A DNA stretch of 20,000 bases from an uncultured delta proteobacterium (GCA_903911145.1 CAIWCD010000015.1:44237-64236); one strand, 5' to 3'; counted from the first letter of the stretch, positions 9,819 through 18,996 are shown. Notes: a model not told the origin generated them from the letters alone. Numbers and translations are program-made.

Positions 9819-9846
9819 TTGCCCGACGGCCAACCCCGGTTAGAGT
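9819..9846 (+). promoter_or_regulatory. Possible sigma70-type promoter for the Zn-ribbon gene-pyk operon
   Basis: TTGCCC-16 nt-TAGAGT in the divergent intergenic region. Confidence 0.4.
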
Positions 9847-9881
9847 GCGCGCTCGAGATGACGCCGGGAGGGCGTGCACGA

Positions 9882-10226
9882 ATGCAACTCGACCTGAATT
9901 GCCAGAAGTGTGAGGAGTCGTTTTCGCTCGAGCTCACGGAGCTGCAGGCGGAACCGGAGATCCGCTGCCCAGGCTGCAACGCGCGCGCGGCCACAGGGCA
10001 GATCGAAACGCTGATTGAAGCGCTCGACGATCTCTTCGCAGCGGTCGCTCCGCTGCGCCGCAAGTTCCAGGTGACGCTGGAGATCGACAGCGAGGATCTG
10101 CCGCCGCCCTACGACGAGGAACCCTCGGTCGGGAAGGCGAAAGTCGCCGACCCCGATGAAGAAGATGAGGACGAGGACGAGGCGGACGACGAAGAGGAAG
10201 ACGACGAGATCGAAGAAGACGCGTAA
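9882..10226 (+). CDS. Small zinc-ribbon protein with acidic tail (114 aa)
   Basis: GGGAGG upstream of ATG 9882. CQKC...CPGC motif, C-terminal DEEDEDEDEADDEEEDDEIEEDA, and a 9-nt gap to pyk. Confidence 0.8.
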   Translation: MQLDLNCQKCEESFSLELTELQAEPEIRCPGCNARAATGQIETLIEALDDLFAAVAPLRRKFQVTLEIDSEDLPPPYDEEPSVGKAKVADPDEEDEDEDEADDEEEDDEIEEDA

Positions 10227-10235
10227 GAAGAGCGC

Positions 10236-11645
10236 ATGCGAAAAGCAAAAATCATCTGCACGATGGGGCCGGCCTCGCGTGAGGAGCCTGCACTCGGCCG
10301 CCTCGTTGCCGCCGGCATGGACGTCGCGCGGCTGAACTTTTCGCACGGCACTCATGAGGATCATGCGCGGGCGATCGCGGCGGTGCGTGCGGCCGCGCTG
10401 ACGGCGGGACGGCCGATCGCGCTGCTCGCGGATCTGCAGGGTCCCAAGATTCGCGTCGGGAAGATCGACGGCGGCAAGGTACTGCTCGTCGATGGCAGCG
10501 AGGTCACCATCGCCGTCGAGGAGCTCGCGCTCGGCACCGCCGCGCGCTTCTCCTGTTCGTACGTCGGGCTGCCCAATGACGTCACGCCCGGCGATCCGAT
10601 TCTGATCAACGACGGCGCGATCCGCCTCGAGGTCCTCCAGGTCCAGGGCAAGGAGGTTCGCTGCCGCGTCGTTGTCGGCGGGATGCTCTCCGATCACAAA
10701 GGGATCAACCTGCCCGGCACCGCGGTGAGCATTCCCGCGCTGACGCCGAAAGATCTCGAGGATCTTAAATTCGCGCTGGCGCAAGGGGTCGACTTCGTCG
10801 CGCTCTCGTTCGTTCGCTCTGCCGACGACATCCGCGAGATCAAGCGCATCACGGGCGACACGCCGATCATCGCCAAGATCGAGAAGCCGCAGGCGGTCGA
10901 TCGCATCGACGAGATCGCGCAGATCGCGGACGGCATCATGGTGGCGCGCGGAGACCTTGGCGTCGAGATGCCGCTCGAGCGCGTCCCGCTGATCCAGAAG
11001 ATGGCGATCGAGCGCACTGCGGCGCACGGGAAGATCTCGATCGTCGCCACGCAGATGCTCGAGAGCATGATCGTCGCCTCTTCGCCGACGCGCGCCGAAG
11101 TCAGCGACGTGGCCAACGCGATTCTCGACGGCGCGGGCGCGGTGATGCTCTCGGCGGAGACGGCAACGGGCGCGCATCCCATCGAAGCGGTGCGCACGAT
11201 GGCGACGATTGTCGAGGAGGTCGAGCGCTCGGCGCGTTTCGCGGCGAGGCCCGTCGCGGAGATCGAGCGGACCGACTCGAGCTTCGCAACGGCTGTCGCC
11301 AAGGCCTGCGCGGCGGCGGCGGGACAGCTCGGCATCGGCACCATCTGCGTCTACACGCGCACGGGAGAGACCGCGCGGCAGATCGGCGAGTACCGCCCGC
11401 AGGCGCGCATCGTCGCCTTCACCGGCAGTGACGCGGCCTATCACCGCATGGCGCTCTATTGGGGCGTCACCGCGCGCAAGGTGCAGACGCCGTTTGAGGC
11501 CACCGACGAGATGATCGCGGCGGTCGCGAAATCGCTGCTCGACTCTGGCGAAGCGATGCGCGGAGAAGCCGTCGTCATCGCGAGCGCGGTACCGCCGAAC
11601 CGACCGACGTTCGGCGCGAGCATGATGCAGATCCACCGCTTGTAG
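10236..11645 (+). CDS. pyk: Pyruvate kinase
   Basis: KAKIICTMGPAS, ARLNFSHG, DLQGPKIR, IIAKIEK, MVARGDLGVE, ATQMLESM, PTRAEVSDVANA, MLSAETA. Confidence 0.98.
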   Translation: MRKAKIICTMGPASREEPALGRLVAAGMDVARLNFSHGTHEDHARAIAAVRAAALTAGRPIALLADLQGPKIRVGKIDGGKVLLVDGSEVTIAVEELALGTAARFSCSYVGLPNDVTPGDPILINDGAIRLEVLQVQGKEVRCRVVVGGMLSDHKGINLPGTAVSIPALTPKDLEDLKFALAQGVDFVALSFVRSADDIREIKRITGDTPIIAKIEKPQAVDRIDEIAQIADGIMVARGDLGVEMPLERVPLIQKMAIERTAAHGKISIVATQMLESMIVASSPTRAEVSDVANAILDGAGAVMLSAETATGAHPIEAVRTMATIVEEVERSARFAARPVAEIERTDSSFATAVAKACAAAAGQLGIGTICVYTRTGETARQIGEYRPQARIVAFTGSDAAYHRMALYWGVTARKVQTPFEATDEMIAAVAKSLLDSGEAMRGEAVVIASAVPPNRPTFGASMMQIHRL

Positions 11646-11681
11646 TCTGCTGCACAAACGACGATCCACCGAGGAGGCGGC

Positions 11682-11739
11682 GGCTTTCCGAGACGACGAC
11701 TGCTCCTCGGAAAGCCATTTCTGACCGGCGGGTCAGGAA
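11682..11739. terminator. Tandem hairpins between convergent pyk and comEA-like genes (likely terminator)
   Basis: GGCTTTCCGAG (11682-92) pairs with CTCGGAAAGCC (11706-16), followed by ATTT. Second hairpin CTGACC-GGCG-GGTCAG. Confidence 0.6.
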
Positions 11740-11751
11740 TTCAATTCCGCG

Positions 11752-12051
11752 CTACTTCACCTTGTGCGCGATCACCAGCTCCTTGAACTTCGCGTACGTC
11801 GCCTTCGGGACAATCTTCTTCTCGACCAGCTCGTCCTTCGCCTTGTACGGACGGCCCGCGACGATCTTCTTCGCGTAGGCATCGCCGACGCCCGGGAGCT
11901 CCTTGAGCTGATCCTCGGTCGCGGTGTTGAGGTCGAGCTTCTCCGCCTTGGCCGCGGCCGCGACCAGCACGCCCGAGCTGGCGAGCGCGCTGCCCGGCAC
12001 TGCAAACACGAACGCAAGCACAACGGCGACAGCAGCAATGATCTTCTTCAC
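11752..12051 (-). CDS. ComEA-like helix-hairpin-helix DNA-binding protein with signal peptide
   Basis: GTG start with [19 protein letters not shown] signal, then [38 protein letters not shown]. Confidence 0.9.
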   Translation of the reverse strand: MKKIIAAVAVVLAFVFAVPGSALASSGVLVAAAAKAEKLDLNTATEDQLKELPGVGDAYAKKIVAGRPYKAKDELVEKKIVPKATYAKFKELVIAHKVK

Positions 12052-12107
12052 GTGTCCTCCAGAATTGAGTGGTGCGACGCGCGCTCGCATACCACAGCGC
12101 CCCTGGA

Positions 12108-13388
12108 TCAGGTGCCTGCGAGCCTGAGCGCTTTGAGGATCGCGGGACGAGAATGCAGGAACGCCTTCTGATCCACCTCGACCTGCGCCGCATACTTCTC
12201 AGCGAAGCCGACTGCCGCGTGCGCCGCTTCGTCAGCGCGAAACGAGCTCGTGTCCAGCAGCGCGTGCGCACTCGCGCGGCAGAGCAGGCGCGCTGTGACC
12301 TCTCCGCATTGGCGCGCGTACGAGACCAACTCGAGATGATCGGCGTCGCCCTTGCCAGTCGAGAACCGATCGGTGCCGATCTTCTCCTCCTCTGGCTGAA
12401 TCTCGCGGCAGAGCGCCGGGACCTTGCCTAGATGGGTCGCGGCGACGAGCGGCCACGGGCTTCCCTGCAGACGACGAATCGCAGCGGTCTGTGCCCGCGC
12501 GCGCTGCTCCGACGGCGCGATTCCACGCGCCTGATCCAGCGCGGACTGGCGCGCCTCCTTGATCTCGACGATGCGCCGCTCATCACCAGCGCCGCAGAGG
12601 ACTGAGAAGCGCAGCCGCCCCAGCGAACCCGTACCCTTGAAGCGATACGCCACATCGAGCGGCGCCCAGGCGTGCTTGAGCGGAACCTTCAGCTGCTTGA
12701 GCGACTCGAGATATTCCGCGAAGGCCTTCTCGGCGACGTGCTCCCACGCCTTCGTCGCGCGCGCGTACTTTCGCGGCTCAGCATCGCAGCCGAACTTCTT
12801 GTGGCCACTCTCGGGAGCGGCTTTTGCAATCAACTGCTGCGCGGTGTGCGCGCCATGCTCGTGCATCAACTCCTTCACGGGCGACTCGGCCTTGTCGTCG
12901 TAGGCCGCGACGGGAAAGCGGCCACCAATGCGGTCGAGCGCATCGGCCCACCCCTTCGCGATCGCCTTCGCGGCAGCCGCGCGGGACGTGTGCGAGACAC
13001 CTGGCAGGAGATACGCGCTGGTGCAGAGGCGCTTGAGATCGAAGTCGGCCGGCCCCATCCCGACGTCGTCGAAGTCGTTCACGTCGAAGCAGAGCTGTCC
13101 GCTCGCACCGCGGTAGACGCCGAAATTCTCCAGATGGAGGTCGCCGACAACCAGCGCTTCAGGAGCGGCAGCGGTCGCTCCTTTCACGCGATCCTGAAGC
13201 AGGTCGCGCGACATCAGATGGAATGTGCCGCGGAAGAATGCGAAGGGGGAGCGAGCGAGCGCGTCGAACTTGCGCAGCAGTGCCTCGTGCGTCAGGTCGC
13301 GACCATCGGCATCGCGCACGCGATGAGATTCATCGGTGAGCGGCTGGTTGTACTCGATGATTTCGCTGACGACGTCCCGCGATGTCAT
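12108..13388 (-). CDS. DUF2252 family (kinase-like fold) protein
   Basis: ATG 13388 with GAGGAG. Motifs [45 protein letters not shown]. Confidence 0.9.
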   Translation of the reverse strand: MTSRDVVSEIIEYNQPLTDESHRVRDADGRDLTHEALLRKFDALARSPFAFFRGTFHLMSRDLLQDRVKGATAAAPEALVVGDLHLENFGVYRGASGQLCFDVNDFDDVGMGPADFDLKRLCTSAYLLPGVSHTSRAAAAKAIAKGWADALDRIGGRFPVAAYDDKAESPVKELMHEHGAHTAQQLIAKAAPESGHKKFGCDAEPRKYARATKAWEHVAEKAFAEYLESLKQLKVPLKHAWAPLDVAYRFKGTGSLGRLRFSVLCGAGDERRIVEIKEARQSALDQARGIAPSEQRARAQTAAIRRLQGSPWPLVAATHLGKVPALCREIQPEEEKIGTDRFSTGKGDADHLELVSYARQCGEVTARLLCRASAHALLDTSSFRADEAAHAAVGFAEKYAAQVEVDQKAFLHSRPAILKALRLAGT

Positions 13389-13423
13389 GGGAGCTCCTCG
13401 ACTCACGCAGGTAGCGCGGCCAA

Positions 13424-14632
13424 TCAGGTGAACGATGCGAGGCCCGCCGCGAGCCGTTCGACGCCGCGGCGAATCTCGTCTTCCGAGGTCGCAAACGAGA
13501 GGCGCAGAAAGCCTTCCGCTCCAAACGCGGAACCGGGCACTACAGCGACACCGAAGGTCTCGAGGAGAATCTCGCTCAGTCGAACGGTGCCGCCGACCTT
13601 TTCTCCCTGGTGGGAACGCCCGAGCGCAGACGAGACGTCCGCGAAGACATAGAACGCGCCGTCTGGCTTTCCTGCGCGGACGCCTGGCACGCGCGAGAAG
13701 AGATCGAGCATGAAGTCGCGCCGCTTCTCGAAAGAGACGCGCATCGCCTCGACCGGCTCCTGTGGGCCGGTGAGCGCCGCGATCGCGGCGTGCTGCGAGA
13801 GGCTCGACGGGTTCGACGTCGAGGAGTCCTGCACCTTGTTCATCGCCGCGATGATCGCCTTCGGGCCGACGGCCCAGCCGAGGCGCAGGCCCGTCATCGC
13901 GTAGCTCTTCGAGCAGCCGTGGATGATCACGGTTCGCGGCTGCAACTCGGGCGCGACCTCGAGCAGCGCAGGCGCGCGCACGCCGCCGTAGACGAGCTTG
14001 CTGTAGATGTCGTCGCTGAGCACGATCGCTCTCGGATAGCGCGCGAGCACGTCGGCCACTTCGCGCAGAGCAGCCGCACTCCAGACCGCGCCAGTGGGGT
14101 TCGACGGACTGCCGAGAATCACCACGCGCGTCTTCTCTGTCATCACGCTCGCGAGCGCGGCGCCCGTGGGCTGCCAGCCATTCGCAGCGCTCATCTTCAG
14201 CTCGACAGGTATCGCGCCCGCGAGCTTCACCATGTCGGGATAACTCACCCAGTACGGGTTCGGGATGACCGCTTCGTCTCCCTCGTCGAGCAGCGCCTGG
14301 CAGGCGTTGTAGAGCGCCTGCTTCGCGCCAGCCGTCGCCTGCACCTGCGCGGGCGTGGCGTCAAGCTTCGCCTCGGTGCGCGTGAATGCGCAGATCGCTT
14401 CGCGCAGTTCGGGCAGTCCAGCGCTCGGCGTGTAGCGCGTCGCGCCCTTGCGCAGCGCGGCCTCGATCGCCTGCGCGACATGCGCCGGAACAGGAAAATC
14501 GGGCTCCCCAACTGAGAGCGATGCGATGTCCTTTCCCTGCCGACGCAACTCTCCCGCTCGGGCGGCAATCGCCAACGTCGGAGACGGACGAACGGACTGA
14601 ACACGGCGACTGAACTGGAACTCTTCGCTCAT
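13424..14632 (-). CDS. aspC: Class I/II PLP aminotransferase (aspartate aminotransferase-like)
   Basis: PSPTLAI, GEPDF, GAKQALYN, PYWVSY, SPSNPTG, SDDIY, SKSYAMTGLRLGW, PDGAFY, LRLSFATS. Confidence 0.9.
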   Translation of the reverse strand: MSEEFQFSRRVQSVRPSPTLAIAARAGELRRQGKDIASLSVGEPDFPVPAHVAQAIEAALRKGATRYTPSAGLPELREAICAFTRTEAKLDATPAQVQATAGAKQALYNACQALLDEGDEAVIPNPYWVSYPDMVKLAGAIPVELKMSAANGWQPTGAALASVMTEKTRVVILGSPSNPTGAVWSAAALREVADVLARYPRAIVLSDDIYSKLVYGGVRAPALLEVAPELQPRTVIIHGCSKSYAMTGLRLGWAVGPKAIIAAMNKVQDSSTSNPSSLSQHAAIAALTGPQEPVEAMRVSFEKRRDFMLDLFSRVPGVRAGKPDGAFYVFADVSSALGRSHQGEKVGGTVRLSEILLETFGVAVVPGSAFGAEGFLRLSFATSEDEIRRGVERLAAGLASFT

Positions 14633-14707
14633 CGATGCCTCTGGCGGGAGCTGCGGCTGAATGCGCCGCGATCAAACTACTTTGAACACCAATATTTGGA
14701 GTGCCAA

Positions 14708-15217
14708 CTATTTCGTCGAGCCGCCCGGCGCAGCGTTCGAGGCGGCGAACCGGGCCTCGAGCGCGGCCTGCACCACAGGAGGGACGAGGCCCGAGACGTC
14801 TCCGCCGAGGCGAGCCACGTCGCGAACGAATCGGCTGGAGATGTAGAAATATTTTTCACCGGTCATCATGAAGAGCGTGTCGATCTGCGGATCGAGCTTG
14901 CGGTTCATGTTGGCCATCTGGAATTCGTATTCGAAGTCGCTCACAGCGCGCAGTCCGCGCAGCACCGTGCGGACATTCTCCTGCTGGGCGAACTTCACCA
15001 GCAGCCCGGAGAACGTCTTCACCGTCACGCGCGGGTCGTTTCCCAGCACCTCGCGCAGAAGCTCAACCCGCTCTTCGACCGTGAAGAGCGCATCCTTGGC
15101 GGGATTCTTGAGCACGGCCACGGTGAGGCCATCGAAGACCTCGAGGCCGCGCTGGATGATCGAGAGGTGCCCGAGCGTGGGCGGGTCGAACGAGCCGGGG
15201 TAGAGAGCGATGCGCAC
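14708..15217 (-). CDS. coaD: Pantetheine-phosphate adenylyltransferase
   Basis: [36 protein letters not shown]. Confidence 0.98.
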   Translation of the reverse strand: MRIALYPGSFDPPTLGHLSIIQRGLEVFDGLTVAVLKNPAKDALFTVEERVELLREVLGNDPRVTVKTFSGLLVKFAQQENVRTVLRGLRAVSDFEYEFQMANMNRKLDPQIDTLFMMTGEKYFYISSRFVRDVARLGGDVSGLVPPVVQAALEARFAASNAAPGGSTK

Positions 15218-15270
15218 GGTCGGGGATGCTCGCCCGAGAAGCGCGTGAACGCAATTTCACGAACGACAAG

Positions 15271-15299
15271 TTGACGCGCGCCCGCGCCGTTCTTACTGT
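15271..15299 (+). promoter_or_regulatory. Sigma70-type promoter of the 6S RNA locus
   Basis: TTGACG-17 nt-TACTGT, about 38 nt upstream of the 6S closing stem. Confidence 0.75.
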
Positions 15300-15336
15300 T
15301 GTCGCAGAGGAGAAACAGGGACGTCACCTCGACACT

Positions 15337-15522
15337 TCCCTGCCTGGTTCGTGATGAGCGGCTGACCTCGTGCCCGATAGCTGTCAATCGGGATTTCGAT
15401 CCGCCCGCGGTGTGCATGCCCTCGAAGCGCGAGCCGAGAGGGAAGCCTGAAGCGGGCAACAGAGATCCCACCTGCCTAGCGCAGGGCACCATCCGACGCT
15501 GTTCACACGACCGAGGCGGGGG
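15337..15522 (+). ncRNA. ssrS: 6S RNA
   Basis: About 186-nt rod. 5' CCCTGCCTGGTTCGTG pairs with 3' CACGACCGAGGCGGGG; GTGCCC/GGGCAC and GGGATTTC/GAGATCCC flank a central bubble. It carries the conserved GGTGTGCATG...GAAGCCTGAA and CCCACCT elements and lies directly upstream of the 5-FTHF cyclo-ligase gene (classic synteny). Confidence 0.92.
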
Positions 15523-15529
15523 CTTTTTT

Positions 15530-15578
15530 GAAGGCGGCGGCAGGCTCAACAAGGGGCTGCCGCCGCCTTCGTTTTGTT
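15530..15578 (+). terminator. Intrinsic terminator downstream of 6S RNA
   Basis: 14-bp stem GAAGGCGGCGGCAG / CTGCCGCCGCCTTC followed by GTTTTGTT. Confidence 0.8.
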
Positions 15579-15625
15579 GGCCGCGCACGCGTTGTGGTCA
15601 TCGAACAGATGGAGACACGAATTCG

Positions 15626-16273
15626 ATGAAGGACCTGGACGTGCCAACGCTGATCGAATCTTCGGCGCTCGCGGCGGGTGGCCGCGCAGCTACAAAAAAG
15701 GCTCTGCGCGCCGCGGTGCGCACGAGGCTGCGCGCTCTCGGTCCCGTCCCGCCAGCGAGTTCTGCCCAGGCGATCGAACGGCTCATCCAATCTCGCCTTC
15801 TCGAGAACGCGACGTGCGTCGCGCTCTTTCGCGCCCTGCCCTCCGAACCCGACATCGGCGCCCTCGAAGCGATGCTGCTTTCGCGCGGCGTGAGCGTCTG
15901 CCTTCCGCTCGTGCACGAAGGCCAGCGCGAACTCACGTTTCACCGCGCGGGCGGCGCGCTCATGCGAGGACCGCTCGGCATCGAGCAACCGGAGACGGGC
16001 CGGGAACGGATCGACGAATCGCAAATCGACGTGTTCGTCGTCCCTGCGCTCGCGCTCGATCTGCACGGCAACCGCCTGGGGCATGGTCGAGCGCACTACG
16101 ACGCGACGCTCGCCGCGGCCCCGCGCGCGCTTCGGATTGGACTCGTCCGCGAAGCAGCGCTTGTTCCCGAGGTCCCGGTCGGCGAGCATGACGCCCCGCT
16201 CGATGCGCTCTGCACCGAAGCGCGGTTCATCTGCTTCACCGAGCGGGCGAAAGCAGCGGCAGCGCACCGATAG
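15626..16273 (+). CDS. ygfA: 5-formyltetrahydrofolate cyclo-ligase
   Basis: GGAG then ATG 15626. Motifs KKALR, SEPD, GIEQP, VVPALALDLHGNRLGHGRAHYD, EHDAPLD. Confidence 0.93.
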   Translation: MKDLDVPTLIESSALAAGGRAATKKALRAAVRTRLRALGPVPPASSAQAIERLIQSRLLENATCVALFRALPSEPDIGALEAMLLSRGVSVCLPLVHEGQRELTFHRAGGALMRGPLGIEQPETGRERIDESQIDVFVVPALALDLHGNRLGHGRAHYDATLAAAPRALRIGLVREAALVPEVPVGEHDAPLDALCTEARFICFTERAKAAAAHR

Positions 16274-16308
16274 TTTGAGTGCAACATATCTGTGGAGCAA
16301 TTGAAGAC

Positions 16309-17097
16309 GTGAAGGTCCTCTTCGTCGGCGACATCTTCGGGAGCGCAGGCCGGCGCGCGGTTCGCCACTTCGTGCCCCGACTGCGGGCAGAGCGCGGCAT
16401 CGATCTCTGCATCGGCAATTCGGAAAACTCCGCGGGAGGATCCGGCGTCACCATCGATGGCGCAAACGAACTGCTCGGCGCCGGTCTCGATCTGCTGACG
16501 GGCGGAAATCACATCTGGGACAAGCGGGAGATCAACGCGTATCTCGACCGACCGAATTCAAAGCAGCTGCGGCCCGCGAACTATCCGGAGGGCGCGCCCG
16601 GCCGCGGGCACGCGATTCTGCAGGATGCGCGCGGGCGCAAGCTGGGCGTGCTCAATCTCGAGGGGCGCGTCTTCATGAAGAACCTCGACTGCCCGTTCCG
16701 CGCGGCAGACCGACTGCTCGCAGAGCTGCGCAAAGAGACGCCCTGCGTCCTCGTCGATATGCACTGCGAGACGACCAGCGAGAAGAATGCAATGGGCCAC
16801 TTCCTCGACGGCCGCGCGTCGGCTGTGCTCGGCACGCACACGCACATCCAGACAGCGGACGCGCGCGTGCTGCGAGGAGGAACCGCGTTCATGACCGACG
16901 TCGGAATGTGCGGACCGTGGGACAGCGTGATCGGGATGAAGAAGGAACACGTCATCCAGCGATTCCTCACCTCTCGCCACGCGCCGTTCGAGCCGGCGAG
17001 CGAAGAGGTCTATCTGCAGGGTGCGCTGCTTGAGCTCGATGACGAGACGGGCCGCGCGATCAGCATCGAACGAATCCAGGAGAGGCTGCCCGCATGA
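16309..17097 (+). CDS. ymdB: TIGR00282/YmdB metallophosphoesterase
   Basis: GTG 16309. Motifs [57 protein letters not shown]. Confidence 0.95.
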   Translation: MKVLFVGDIFGSAGRRAVRHFVPRLRAERGIDLCIGNSENSAGGSGVTIDGANELLGAGLDLLTGGNHIWDKREINAYLDRPNSKQLRPANYPEGAPGRGHAILQDARGRKLGVLNLEGRVFMKNLDCPFRAADRLLAELRKETPCVLVDMHCETTSEKNAMGHFLDGRASAVLGTHTHIQTADARVLRGGTAFMTDVGMCGPWDSVIGMKKEHVIQRFLTSRHAPFEPASEEVYLQGALLELDDETGRAISIERIQERLPA

Positions 17098-18455
17098 GTA
17101 TGCAAGACGAAGCGAAGAACGCACGCACGACCAATCCGCAGTCGCCGCTTGCGCCGATCCGCGCCGAGGCGAATCAGACCGGCGTCGATGCGACGACGCT
17201 GGCGATGCTCCGGCGCGCAACTCCCGCGGAACAGCTTGCCGAGGTCACACGCGGGGCCGTCGACGTGCACACGCGCGAGGACCTGCTCAAGAAACTCGAG
17301 CGTGCGTACGAAAAAGGAACTCCGCTTCGCGTGAAGATGGGATTCGACCCAACAGCGCCCGATCTGCATCTGGGACACACGGTCCCGCTCGAGCGAATGC
17401 GGCGCTTTCAGGACCTCGGACACACGGTCATCTTCCTCATCGGAGATTTCACCGCGTCGATCGGAGATCCGACCGGCCGCAACACGACGCGCCCCCCGCT
17501 CTCTGACGAACAGATTCTCGCGAACGCAGATACTTATAAAAAACAAGTATTCAAGGTTCTCGATGAGGGCCGCACCGAAGTCCGCTTCAACTCGGAGTGG
17601 TTCAAGACGCTCGGCGCGAGCGGGATGATCAAGCTCGCCGGGCGCTACACACTTGCGCGCATGCTCGAGCGGGATGACTTCAAGCGGCGCTACAACGAGG
17701 AGCGGCCGATCGCGCTGCACGAACTTCTCTATCCGCTCGCGCAGGGCTACGACTCAGTCGCGCTCAAGAGCGATGTCGAGCTCGGCTCGAGCGATCAGCT
17801 CTTCAATCTGCTCGTCGGGCGCCAGTTGCAGAAGGAGTACCAGCAGGCGCCGCAGGTCTGCCTGACCGGTCCGTTGCTCGAGGGAACTGACGCGAAAGAG
17901 GTCGACGGGAAGATCGTCGGAGACAAGATGTCCAAGTCGCTCGGCAACTACGTCGGCATCGACGAGCCGGCGAACGAGCAGTTCGGCAAGCTGATGTCGA
18001 TCACCGACGGACTGATGTGGCGCTACTACGAGTTGCTCTCGCGCAAGACGACACCGCAGATCGCGGAACTCCGCGCGGCAATCGCTGCAGGCTCGGCGCA
18101 TCCGAAGACCGCGAAGGTCGATCTCGCGAAGGAGATTGTCGCGCGCTACCACGGCGCGGCGGCGGGCGAGGCGGCGGCGGCGGCGTTCGAGGCCCAGTTT
18201 GCGCGCAAGGAAGTTCCTGACGAGATCGAGGAACTGACGATCGAGCGCGAAGCGGGAGCGGAGACGCTGCCGCTGCTCAAGGCGTTGACGCGGGCAAACC
18301 TGGCGGCGAGCGGAGGTGAGGCACGCAGGTTGATCGCGCAAGGAGGCGTGAGCATCGAGGGAGCGAAGATCTCTGATCCCAATGCCTCGCTTCCGGCCGG
18401 CGTGCATCTGCTGAAAGTGGGTAAGCGCAAGTTCGCGCGGATCACGGTGAAGTAG
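17094..18455 (+). CDS. tyrS: Tyrosine-tRNA ligase with C-terminal S4 domain
   Basis: [13 protein letters not shown] (HIGH), [15 protein letters not shown]4 domain ([14 protein letters not shown]...VGKRKF). ATGA overlap with ymdB. Confidence 0.98.
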   Translation: MSMQDEAKNARTTNPQSPLAPIRAEANQTGVDATTLAMLRRATPAEQLAEVTRGAVDVHTREDLLKKLERAYEKGTPLRVKMGFDPTAPDLHLGHTVPLERMRRFQDLGHTVIFLIGDFTASIGDPTGRNTTRPPLSDEQILANADTYKKQVFKVLDEGRTEVRFNSEWFKTLGASGMIKLAGRYTLARMLERDDFKRRYNEERPIALHELLYPLAQGYDSVALKSDVELGSSDQLFNLLVGRQLQKEYQQAPQVCLTGPLLEGTDAKEVDGKIVGDKMSKSLGNYVGIDEPANEQFGKLMSITDGLMWRYYELLSRKTTPQIAELRAAIAAGSAHPKTAKVDLAKEIVARYHGAAAGEAAAAAFEAQFARKEVPDEIEELTIEREAGAETLPLLKALTRANLAASGGEARRLIAQGGVSIEGAKISDPNASLPAGVHLLKVGKRKFARITVK

Positions 18456-18475
18456 CGCACGGACATCCGTCCGCT

Positions 18476-18505
18476 CGCGCCCCTATCTTCCGAGATATGG
18501 GCGCG
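18476..18505. terminator. Hairpin after tyrS (possible terminator or stabiliser; no U-tract)
   Basis: CGCGCCC-C-TATCT-TCCG-AGATA-T-GGGCGCG. Confidence 0.4.
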
Positions 18506-18537
18506 TAACGAACGCCAGTCGCCGCAGTCTGTCGGGG

Positions 18538-18996
18538 ATGAACTTCACACGACGCGTGGCTACGGCCAACGATCTCGAACAGACGGTTGCGTTGCTCCGT
18601 GCGCAACTCGAAGAGCACGGTCAATCCCCGAGCGGCGACGACCTCGAACAAGCAACGCGCGTGCTGCTTGTCTCACCGGCGCTCGGGCGTGTGCTCCTCG
18701 CGGATGAACAAGGCAACGCAATTGGACTCGCGGTCCTCGCAACAACGTGGACTCTCGAGCGCGGCGGCCTGGCTGGATGGCTCGACGAGCTCTACGTCGC
18801 ACCAGGGAGGCGCGGCATTGGAGTCGGTGCAGCGCTTCTCGACCGCGCAATCGCAATGGCGCGCGAGATGGGAGTCAGAGCGATGGAAGTTGAGGTTGCC
18901 GTCGATCATTCGCGAGCAGAACGGCTCTATCAATGACGAGGATTTGAGCCTCTTCTTCGTAACCGATTCGCGCTCTTGTTGGCGGAGGCAAGCTGA
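18538..18996 (+). pseudogene. GNAT acetyltransferase interrupted by in-frame TGA at 18934-18936
   Basis: WLDELYVAPGRRGIGVG acetyl-CoA motif. The frame continues AERLYQ*RGFEPLLRNRFALLLAEAS* and stops at 18996, 1 nt before the next ATG. Confidence 0.75.

Noticed and set aside
10156..10222. GAN trinucleotide run as a tandem DNA repeat
   Set aside because: Explained by the Asp/Glu tail with mixed synonymous codons.
9840..11669. 609-aa minus-strand ORF, and similar long ORFs at 1288-3006(+), 7086-8465(+), 8414-9733(+), 12672-13652(+) and 13610-14515(+)
   Set aside because: Antisense shadows of well-supported genes, caused by high-GC codon bias. They are Arg-rich with no motifs.
15307..15320. 14-mer GAGGAGAAACAGGG in the 6S leader, identical to the RBS region of the PLP enzyme gene (minus strand, 6511-6524)
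   Set aside because: A few matches of this length are expected by chance in 20 kb of biased DNA. It is same-sense rather than antisense, and no start codon follows at SD spacing.
15337..15578. T-box or riboswitch controlling tyrS
   Set aside because: The structure, motifs and ygfA synteny fit 6S RNA, and no T-box consensus is seen.
15299..15625. N-terminal extension of the ygfA ORF in the track (324 aa)
   Set aside because: It runs through the 6S RNA and terminator. The real start is ATG 15626 with GGAG.
18934..18996. Selenocysteine recoding of the GNAT TGA
   Set aside because: The position is not a Cys site in GNATs, and I see no convincing SECIS hairpin downstream.
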